This document shows, one piece after another, positions 24,001 through 33,029 of a stretch of DNA of 64,000 bases (position 1 is the first letter of the stretch; the number at the start of each line of letters is the position of its first letter). The notes under the pieces were generated by a model. That model saw nothing but the letters and a program-made list of their open reading frames with translations. It ran no database searches and had not been told where the DNA came from. The translations under genes and the position numbers were made by a program. This DNA is from the human T2T-CHM13v2.0 reference genome, Homo sapiens, in NCBI RefSeq assembly GCF_009914755.1, contig NC_060947.1. The stretch is one strand, 5' to 3'.

Positions 24001-27000
24001 TTTTCAGAGAGTAGAAACTCTCCCCTCACCCAGATTATAACTAGAAATGTGCAGCAGCTTTGGGTCATGAGTCTTGTAGTATTAGATGATATTAACCCAA
24101 AATCCATTGGACAATTTTTACTTAGAAAACACTGACCATCCTTCCTGGTGAGGAAAACATGATTTTCAAGCTGCTTTCTCTGAAATCTGGTTCCTGATCT
24201 TATTCTTTGATGCAGTGTTGCTGGGCTGGGGTGGGGCACATAAAGCTACATTTTTTTTTTTTTCTAACCACTGGCTTGGAGATTACTCTAATGAGTACGG
24301 GACCCAGGTCAGGTTCCGGAAAGAAGTAGAACTTGACCCCTGCTGAAACTTTTTGAAAACTCAAAGGGTGGTGGTTTTTGCAGAAGGCTTAGGTGGCTCC
24401 CTTCTGATTGCCCAAGTATTCTGTCCCTCAGATTCCAGTGGAAAACACAGACACATGTAATCATAATCATAATCCATTGTGCATTGAATACTTCCAGACA
24501 CACTGACCACAGTTGCAGGGCGGGGGGTACAGCCAGAAGCAGGGAGTAGGGGGAAGTAGACAAGGTATTCAGGAGCTAACATCCCTACTGGGTCAGAAGT
24601 GGTCATTTCTCTCCTTGTTCCCAGTAGAGTAGCCTGAGCACAAGCCATGGGGATGAGAGAGGCAGATGGCCCAGAGCACACCACAGAATCAAAGGAAATG
24701 GCAGGAGAATCTGTTTGGCCTGTGAGTTTGTGAGTCAGAGGAAACAGTCTGATTCTGTTGCCCCGTCCAATATCACATCAGATGGCCATCCAGGTCAAGT
24801 CTATATTCCCAGAATGCTCTGCACAGGTGGTTGGAGGCCACAGTGTCAGAGACTGGTTACTAAGGCAACTAGGATGCGTCACAAGGCTTAATAGCTCCTG
24901 AGAGCTAGGGATAAGGGTGAAAAGTTGGGATAGGAGTTGGATAACAGTCTGGGAGACAGGACAGCATGGCTTCTTACAAGAGGAAAAATCCAGAACAAGT
25001 TAATGAGGGAGACATCAATCATCTCTGAGGGCAGGATGGTTTGTGGGCGAGATTTGGGCACCCTCCGGGGGGGATGTCAGTGAATGCAGTTCTGATTACT
25101 CCTCTTGCCTCTGAGAACTATGCATTTCTCCACCCGCTGGCTTGAGTGCTGACCCCTCTGTGAGGCGAAAGAGACAGGTGGGGTGAGAAAGTCTTGTTCC
25201 CTAAGCCCAGAAGATAGGGGTTCTATAGGGTTTGCCTCTGTGGCTTGTCTCAACTAGGGCATGACTCATTCTTCAGACTCTGTTAGGTTGGGGAACAGGG
25301 GGCTGGGACAAGACAGTTACCTGATTCTGAGTCTCCGACACTTCCACCTTATCCACAGCACTACCAACAGCAAGGCAACAAGCTGCATGATTAGAGACAA
25401 CCTGATAGCTTCATTCAGAACGTAATTCCAGGTGAGATAGCCTGTGGCCAGAGAAGACCAGAATCAGAGGCCTTGATGGGGACAGGGGCAGGTGAATACA
25501 TTCATGGGGTGAGGACAATCTGGTTACTGACAGTGCTTATATTGAGAAGGTGAGGCAGAAGTGGCCTTCTTTTTCATGGAGAATGGGAGCCTTGAAATTA
25601 TCCTGCTAACTGCCTTTGAGGAATTGTGAGACCACCCCAGGGGAAGGGTGCTGAAACCCAAGGGCTCTGATTTTCAGGCCTCTGACTCCCTTTCCCATAT
25701 CTTTCTGGGCACTGATCTGGGATCCCTGGGGTATGGAGGGGCATTCCTCTGAAGAGTTATCCTCTCACCTGCTGGCCCCATCAGCTTCAGGGGCTCACTG
25801 CGATGTGACCAGATGTTAGGATGTGTCTCTACGCGATAGCTGCAACTGTAGGTCCCTGTGCCTTTCCCGTCAACATTACTGATGATGAAGTCTCCGTTTA
25901 CTGAGAATTTTTGGAATGTTTCTCTTTCTTCCCATTCCAGAGAAAATTCCAGTACTGGATGAGATACTCGGCACTGAAGGGTGATGGCCTTTCCTAGCTT
26001 GAACACAGTGCTTGGCCAAGCTGACAGGGAGGGTTTGGGGGGCTTATCTGAAACCAATCCAGAGACCAGAGTGAGAAGTGACCTCAAACCCAGTACCCTC
26101 TCCCCCAGAAAATGTTTCTGAGCTCCCCATTTGATCTTCTCTTCCTTTCCACTTCCACTTGGCCAGTGGCTTCAAGATTTGACTGTGCATTAGAATTCCT
26201 TTGCCCACCCCTTGGTGATCTAAAGATTCCTGGTTCCTTACCTTCAATCAGGAAGACCTCATACCTGTAAGCTTCCTCTGGCCTAAAGAAAAATAATTTT
26301 CCCAGGGGTTACAATGGGGCTGTGCCATACTGAGAGGTGGAGCTTGAGGAACAATCCTGGGAGACAAGGTCCCTAAAGTTTTGGAAGAAAGTTCTACACC
26401 ACCTTCCTAGTGCGTGTGTGTGTGTATGTGTGTGTGTGTTTTGCTCATAGCTCTCAGAGGATATGAGGCTACTAGCTCCTTCTTACAACACCACAATGAT
26501 GATAAAAACAAACAGGTTGATAATAAAAACAGTTGTTAACACTTGCCTACAACCATAAGCTCCACAGTGTTGTGTGATGGCATCCTAATGGAGGTCTTCC
26601 AGGTGAGAAGATAGTGGCAGCTATAGATGCCAGTATCACTGTAGGTTACATTGTTGAGGAAGAATGATGTGTTGTCATCGATGCTGGTGGCATCCAAAAA
26701 TTGAAGTGGTTTGTCTTCTCCTTTCTTATAGAGTGCAAGACCCACTCCATCCACTGGTCCTCGACACCGTAGGCTCACATTCTGACCCATTTGGACCACA
26801 GCACTGGGCCGAGCAAGTAGCCAGGTCTTGGGGAAAGTGTCTAGGATGAGACCCAGAATAAAAAGCACTAGTGATTTCACTTCCTGCTCCCACTCCTTAA
26901 GATTCTTTTCCTTCTCTTCCTCCAAACCACCCTTGGAAAAACCTGCCTACACCCAGTTTTACAAATTCTGCTCCCTTCTCTACTGTTAACCCTGGCCACA

Positions 27001-30000
27001 GGATTAGGTTCTCCAGGGAGCACAGAGGGAGATTTATATCCTTAGCCGTTAACCTAAGTTTCATGGCATACCCGTCTCTTACCAGTTACCCAGATTTTCA
27101 GGACATCACTAAGGAGTGAACCTCTATATGATGCGTCATAGTAAAAACAGAGGTAATGTCCAGTATCTTGGATCTTCAAAGACTGGAAGAAGAAATTTGC
27201 CTCATTTTTTATTGTCTTCTTGTGGTAAAAGGACTTCTCCAAGTCTTCAACCCTCATTAGAGCAAAGGTCATTCCATAGATTGGCCCTTGGCACCTGAGA
27301 TTCAGGCTTTCTCCAGGTGCCATGATGGGCCCAGGATGGGCTGTCAAAGTTGGTTTGGGGTAGAGTCCTACAAACGGAAGAGACCCTAAAGTTAGAGGCA
27401 AGATGATTCTTTCCTGTTGTCTTCTGTTTTCTCTTTCTTAATTTCTTTGAACAAGAAGTGGTAGCTGAAGTTTACCTTCTCTTCCCTATCCCTTCCTTGG
27501 ATCTCTGCCTCTGTAACATAATCAAGGGTAGATTCACTTATGCCCCTGTTCTCTCTCAAGAATCTGCCAGCTTCACTGAGCTCTAACCATGTGTAGGGGT
27601 GTATCTCAGTGGAAGATCTACATCTATAATTCCCTGTATCTTTAGGCCCCTGAAATGCCAAATGTAGTTCTTTCAACCACCAGAAAAACCAAACCTCTGA
27701 AAATAACATTGTTTTCATCTTTGCAGAGCATGAATGCCACTGAAATATTAAGGAGAGCTTTTGAATACATTAAGCTCATTTAAGACCCTACTTCTACAAC
27801 AAGACTGAAAGAAGCCAATAAAGAGGGTTTGGCCAGTAAGTCTGCGACCCAAATAAATCTTTGTTATGGGGCCACACATTCCTTTCCATGAATTGTTTCT
27901 CCAAGGAGATTTTACATGAAAGTGAGGGCAAACCTCACCTCCTACCACTCCTTCCTACCCCCACCCCAATGCCAGGCACACTTATCTATTCATTAAGGAA
28001 GGATCAGCTCTGTCATATGCTCACTGAGCATTTAGTATGCATCAAGCGTCATGTAGGTCTAGGTGTGTATGAGTAAAGAAGACACAGTCTCCGCTAGCAA
28101 AAAGCTCATGAACTGGTTGGTGGGGGATATTGGTGAACAGGTAACTACGGAAGTGTATTTTAGTGGAATCTATGCTGAAAGGGCATGAGTACAACAAACA
28201 TTCATACACTCAGTTCAAACAGGCAGTTTTTGTTCTTTGATCCTCAATAAAAAGCTATACTAACAAAATTAATATCTACCATTTATTGAGAACTTATATG
28301 CCAGGCACTGTACATATATATTTAGGCAAATCCTCACAACAACCCTGTGAGGTAGGCATTATTATTAAACCAATTTTGCAGATCAGGAAGCTGAGGCACA
28401 GAGAGAAGCATTACACAGTAGATCAGATAGATACTGTTATCCCATTTTTAGAGTAGAGGAAGCCAAAGCACAGAAAAGTGAAGTGACTTGCTCAAGACCA
28501 CACAGGGAGGCAGTGTCAGAAATAGAACTAGAAACCAGTATTACTGCTTCTAAGTCTAGGGTACTTTCTGTAGCACCACAGCTTTCCCCAAGCCTATTTA
28601 GCTGGATAGAGAGACTAAAGCAAATGTGGCCAATTCCATCTAGAAACCTCCAGGCCATGGGGTGGGGGAGTTCGGGCTGGGACATGTCTGGCATTTTACA
28701 TTTTGGGGAAATTTCTTCTATATTTAGAGATTGGTGCTGCCTTACTAGCTCTACTGATAGGGAACCAAGGTGATTTATAAAGCCATTTCTAAAATATGAG
28801 CTATCACATTCTTTGTCATTTGTTTTTTTTTGTTTTTACTCACCAACACTAGCAATCCATTCTGTTTTCCACACATAAAAATAACAATTACAAATAAAAT
28901 ACATTTGCAAATTTAAAACTCCATTTATAAGATTGCAGTGGCAGTGCCTGGCACATATTAGGTGCTCAATAAATACTGGTTGAATTAATGAATGAATGCA
29001 TGATATTCAACAAGTTGAGAACAACAAAGCTGTGATGAGCTGAAGCTGCTGGCCAGTTGGCTGGGCTCCTTTACTAGCCAAATGATTGGCTCCCATACAT
29101 CTGCCTTGCAGCACATGCCATTCTAATTTATATCTCAGTAAAACTTCAAACGACTGTAGCTCATGGGGCCTTGCAGGGCCTAGAAACTGGCTGAGGAAAG
29201 TAAAATCAGAAACCCTAGCTCAGCCAGCCATGATACCTGGGACAACAATTGCCAGATGCCAGCAGCCATAGCCACACCCACCTGCTACAACCAGCTTCAG
29301 GGGGTTGCTGGGCTCTGACCACAGGGTGGGGAGCATCTGGATATGAGTGCGGCAGATGTAAACCCCTTCATCCTCAGGTGTCAGGTTGTCAATGGAGAAT
29401 ATGGCCATTGTCCCAGTTGGGACTTGGTAATCCACAGGCTCTGCATATCCCTCTTTAAACAGCATGAATACCAAATCCTGCAGCCAGCCATGGCAGAGGA
29501 TGTTAACATTACACCCAGGAAGAGCGGGGGTCTCAGCCTGAATCCAGAAGATGGGCTTGGGCAGTTGGCCTGGAAGGATAGAATGAACTGGAATTAGGTA
29601 AAGCAAGGATAGTACTGTCTAGGGAGCAGCAGAGGAGAGCTCTACTTTAATTGAGGTTTCCCTGTATGATCCTTGTTTGCCACCCCTCCTTCTCCTATCT
29701 CTGCTCCAGAGTCTGCATCCCCCCTCTGCATTGCCCAATACAAAGTAGGCCCTTATTTACTAACTGTGGGATGCGTGCTTGCATGCATTTGTGAAACAAA
29801 CTCTCCCCTGGAAGGCAAGTTTGAATCTCAGGAGCTGGAGTTGATTCTTGAGTATCACTGTCATCTTACCTGGTGCCTCCAACTCTAGAACTTTACTGGG
29901 CTTTGACCAGCCTGTCTCCTTCCAGTAGCAGCACCGGTAAAGACCTGCATTGGACTCAGTAAGGGCACCTATAAGGAATGAAACTTGGAAGGTCTTGTGG

Positions 30001-30777
30001 GAAGGGCGGATCCAGGTCATCTGTGTCTTATCCTTCAGCAGCAGGAACTTGCTTGATATCCGAGAGGGGCTTCGGCACCAAAGCGTGATGTTCTCCCAAG
30101 GGGCCTGGGGGTAGTTGGACTCTATCCACAACTCCGGTTGAGGGTCCATCACTGTTATTCCCAAAGATCAAAAAGATATGAGCAGTCCAACCCTCTCCCT
30201 CCCATAACATGTCCCACAATGTCCCTTAAAATTAGCCCGGACCCAGATCCCTCATTTTGTCTTCCCTTGGGGACAGGAGTGTGCTCCTGTGGGGCATCGT
30301 ATAAGAACCCCAAGATATTTTGTCAAGGGGTCCAAATGAATTGGAGAATAAAGTCTGATGGTCTCTTTTCCATCTGAGATAAAGCTTTTTCACCATGCCA
30401 TAGGAAACCAAGTCCTCTGATTCCCAATCAGCCCAATCTATCTCTGGAATCTCAAGGCATTATGTCCAAGGTCATGGAGACACGCCAGCATCTTGGATCC
30501 TTTAGGAAGGAGGTGCCTGAGAGGGCAGGACTCACTTACCTATCGATGTCATACCCAGACTCATCCCTGAAAAGAGAGATTATGGTAAAGGAGAGCTCCC
30601 TTGTTGTCTCCATCCTGTGCTCAAACCTCAATACTTTCCTCTCCCACCCCTAATGAGTGGGTACCTATGACAGGGTCACTTGCCCCTCACCCCTTCCTTG
30701 TACTCACGAATGCAAAAGAGCAAAACAGTGAATGTCTTCAGCATGGTGGCCCCCTCCCCTGGTCTGTCCAGGGTCAT
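17899..30777 (-). CDS. IGSF1: IGSF1 (immunoglobulin superfamily member 1) spliced CDS, 19 coding exons, 1336 aa
   Basis: Exon lengths 70+27+282+288+285+294+279+121+71+33+291+279+288+288+288+288+279+124+136 = 4011 nt. Translation MTLDRPGEGATMLKTFTVLLFCIRMSLG...SQRISVELPVPI* is the protein I recognise as IGSF1. All junctions are GT-AG except one GC-AG. Confidence 0.98.
18186..18309 (-). CDS. IGSF1: IGSF1 exon 19, C-terminal transmembrane segment
   Basis: GPVAQECTVGNIVRSSLIVVVVVALGVVLAIEWKKWPRLRTR; 124 nt; phase 1-2. Confidence 0.96.
18702..18980 (-). CDS. IGSF1: IGSF1 exon 18, Ig12
   Basis: DKPPKPSL...GIGNYSC...LELVGAA; 279 nt. Confidence 0.97.
19102..19389 (-). CDS. IGSF1: IGSF1 exon 17, Ig11
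   Basis: GLLPKPSL...DSGIYSC...LEIWVT; 288 nt. Confidence 0.97.
19581..19868 (-). CDS. IGSF1: IGSF1 exon 16, Ig10
   Basis: DTFPKPWL...SMGRYSC...LELLVT; 288 nt. Confidence 0.97.
20064..20351 (-). CDS. IGSF1: IGSF1 exon 15, Ig9
   Basis: EFYPKPTL...DSGNYSC...MIWVT; 288 nt. Confidence 0.97.
21042..21329 (-). CDS. IGSF1: IGSF1 exon 14, Ig8
   Basis: EMYPKPFF...DGGNYSC...VELVVT; 288 nt. Confidence 0.97.
21959..22237 (-). CDS. IGSF1: IGSF1 exon 13, Ig7
   Basis: DILPKPVI...DEGNYSC...LELVIK; 279 nt. Confidence 0.97.
22564..22854 (-). CDS. IGSF1: IGSF1 exon 12, Ig6
   Basis: EIVMPTPKPELW...HTGSYHC...LELVGT; 291 nt. Confidence 0.97.
23246..23278 (-). CDS. IGSF1: IGSF1 exon 11, 33-nt micro-exon (GLCNGVLIEET)
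   Basis: ttcttttgcag|GA...ACTG|gtgagt; phase 1-1. Confidence 0.94.
23374..23444 (-). CDS. IGSF1: IGSF1 exon 10, internal signal peptide
   Basis: EAWLLGTAQGVTMLFIVTALLCC; 71 nt; donor G|GTGAGT. Confidence 0.95.
25321..25441 (-). CDS. IGSF1: IGSF1 exon 9, first transmembrane segment
   Basis: GYLTWNYVLNEAIRLSLIMQLVALLLVVLWIRWKCRRLRIR; 121 nt; phase 1-2. Confidence 0.95.
25769..26047 (-). CDS. IGSF1: IGSF1 exon 8, Ig5
   Basis: DKPPKPSL...GTGTYSC...LMGPA; 279 nt. Confidence 0.97.
26155..26356 (-). pseudogene. Fossil Ig-domain pseudoexon in IGSF1 intron 7 (paralog of exon 17/Ig11), 3' part decayed
   Basis: Phase-1 acceptor then (G)LFLKLHLSVWHSPIVTPGKIIFL*, 1-nt deletion, QRKLTGMRSS*LKVRNQESLDHQ. 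Confidence 0.8.
26547..26840 (-). CDS. IGSF1: IGSF1 exon 7, Ig4 (GC donor)
   Basis: DTFPKTWL...DTGIYSC...ELMVV; 294 nt; donor AG|GCAAGT. Confidence 0.95.
27083..27367 (-). CDS. IGSF1: IGSF1 exon 6, Ig3
   Basis: GLYPKPTL...DTGHYLC...KIWVT; 285 nt. Confidence 0.97.
27545..27841 (-). pseudogene. Fossil Ig-domain pseudoexon in IGSF1 intron 5 (paralog of exon 14/Ig8)
   Basis: Phase-1 acceptor then (D)LLAKPSLLASFSLVVEVGS*MSLMY...FMLCKDE..., frameshift, PKDTGNYRC...TWLELSE. Confidence 0.88.
28270..28580 (-). mobile_element. MIR elements in IGSF1 intron 5
   Basis: accatttattgag...cctcacaacaaccctgtgaggtagg...gaagctgaggcacagaga, with a second core at ~28435-28570. Confidence 0.88.
29282..29569 (-). 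CDS. IGSF1: IGSF1 exon 5, Ig2
   Basis: GQLPKPIFW...DEGVYIC...LKLVVA; 288 nt; donor G|GTGGGT. Confidence 0.97.
29870..30151 (-). CDS. IGSF1: IGSF1 exon 4, Ig1
   Basis: VMDPQPELW...C...AGLYRCC...LELEAP; AG/GT bounded; 282 nt. Confidence 0.97.
30540..30566 (-). CDS. IGSF1: IGSF1 exon 3, 27-nt micro-exon ending the signal peptide (RMSLGMTSI)
   Basis: ctcttttcag|GG...ATAG|gtaagt; phase 1-1. Confidence 0.95.
30708..30777 (-). CDS. IGSF1: IGSF1 exon 2 coding part: start codon and signal peptide (MTLDRPGEGATMLKTFTVLLFCI)
   Basis: ATG at 30777 and a second in-frame GCCACCATG at 30744. Donor C|GTGAGT. Probable acceptor ttctgcttttag with exon start near 30844. Confidence 0.95.
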
Positions 30778-31154
30778 GGGGCCTCTGGTGCTGGCTGTGT
30801 GCTCTGAGTCTTGAAGAATTTTTCTCCTCAGCAGGTGGTGGGATCTAAAAGCAGAATTGTTTTTACTCAGAGGACTTGTCCTGCTCCTTAAAGTTTAGTT
30901 TAGATGGCTAAATTGCACTTGACAACCCTACATTGTACTTCCTCACAGGCATGCAGGGTATTACAAGGTCACCTGCTGCTTCCTCTCCTTGCTCCTTTCC
31001 CTCACTTCCCTATCCTGCTCAAGGTCTTTGTTGGTATCAAAGATGTCAGATTTGTTGAAATATGGATTTGTCTCTGGGATCTCAGAAGCCCAGAATAGCC
31101 TGCAGAAGCTCCACAGGATGGGGGAGATGGGAGGTGCAGAGTCACCTTTTCAGA

Positions 31155-31278
31155 TATGCATATATATATATACGTATGTTTATATACGTATATATATGTG
31201 TATATACATGTATATATATGTGTGTATATATACATATATATGTGTGTATATATATACGTATATATGTGTGTGTGTGTG

Positions 31279-31308
<30 letters not shown>
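31155..31308. repeat. Compound (TA)/(TG)/(GA) microsatellite in IGSF1 intron 1
   Basis: Directly visible. Confidence 0.97.
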
Positions 31309-31309
<1 letters not shown>

Positions 31310-33029
31310 TCCTCCAACAACTTAAGAGAGGGGGCATTACTACCATCCCCATTTTACTGATGAACAAACTGAGGCTTAGAGAGGTTATATAATTTGCCCA
31401 AAGTCAAAAGATATTAAATATTAGAGCCCAAATTAGAATCCATGTTTAACTCCAAGGCCTATGGATCTAAAACAATGATTTAAACTCCCAGAGGTACCCT
31501 TCACTCCCTCTTCACCCTCCCTTACCCCTCTCACTTGATCCCTTGGATATCCTTCCCTTCCATAGAATGCTTTAGATCCAATATTACTCTCATTCTTGTC
31601 TCCTACCCCTAAAAGCTCAATACCCCAGTGTCAAGCATGTGTTAGAAAATCAAGCTGCTTGAGTTAATTTACATAAGGTCTAAATGATTCTTTCGTTGCC
31701 CTTAACTTCTAAACAGTTTTGTTGATTGCCTCTAAGGGAAATGGAATTGTTTGAATCTCAGGAAATACGGCAAAGATATTTGAGTTCAGGGAGGCTTTCC
31801 ATTCTCCCTGACCAAAGTCATTATTTACCATAGGCCTTGCATATACACAAGGTAGACTCTTGAGCTTTCATGCCTCTCTCCACCTCCCCCCACAGTAACC
31901 TTTCACCAAGGGAAGGTATGTCCCAGCCACGCAAACTCAAGCTAATTCTCTTCCACCAACTTTCTACTGGGAGTCTGAAGTCCTGGCTGACTCCAGCTGT
32001 TATTAAATCTTAGCTCAGAAGAGTGGGGAAGAGGCAGCTCCCAGAATAGAGAAAGGAACTGATTTTGCTTTTCCAGACTGACCTTGGACCTCAGCCTCAA
32101 ACTTGCCCCAGTGCTAACACTGGGTAGGATGGAGGAGCAGGAAGAGGAGGATATTTCGTGTTCAAAATATCTGGACTGTAGGGAACAAGTGGACAGTGAG
32201 AAATCCAAGGAAGCATAGGTCCATTGTACATTTTTCACTTTGTATCGAAGGATTTTCAGATTACCCACTCTGAATTTTCCTTATCTGTAAAGTGGAGGAG
32301 TAATATCGACCTAACATTATTGTTGTGTTGGGTTAGAGATAATACATGTACAGTGCCAGGCACATAGTGAACATTACATTTTAAAAAGATGCTTATTTTT
32401 TCTTCTTTTCAAAGGGGGCATCCAACTGGTGTAGGGCCCTAAAGATGCCCTTTCCATCTCAGTTCCTACAGTCCCTTGCTCCCACTCCTCTCAGGGCCAG
32501 GCCAAAGCTTGGATGCTACCCTGTTGCTTTGTTACCCTGGGGCTTTGGGCCAGGAGTTTTTGGGGGAAGCCAGGTTCCACTGCCAAGGGAGAGGTTCAAC
32601 CTGGGATTACACCCAGGAAATGCCATCTGAGGTTTCAGCCTTGCCACTTGGACCCCTAAACCAGGATCTTTGCCTACTGGGGGATTGAGGGGAGTCAGGG
32701 AAGCTGGGCTTTTTGGCATGGCTGACCCCTCCTCAATCACTAAGGAAATTGTACCATTTATATTCAGCCCAGATGATGAATCTTATACCGGGGGAACATG
32801 AGAACAGCCCCAAGCCTTGGGTTAGTTGGCCACGCCCATTTTGGCCTTTCACCCCACCCCCACCCCCAACTTTGGCTGCCTAGCCGTTTTACCCTTCCCT
32901 CCTACTCCACCCCAAGCACTTTCCCCACCCTTAGGCAGCGCCGCAGTGCTTTTGAGGGTGACATATCTGAAATGTCTAATGGCTCGCCCCCTGCATAGCT
33001 TTGAGGGCTCCAGGAATCAAAGGGGTTGG

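Noticed and set aside
18541-30164. Individual Ig-containing ORFs as separate genes
   Set aside because: They are single IGSF1 exons extended into intron sequence; the splice sites join them into one frame.
30989-31392. Overlapping Y/I/C/V-rich ORFs
   Set aside because: Artefacts of the (TA)/(TG) microsatellite.
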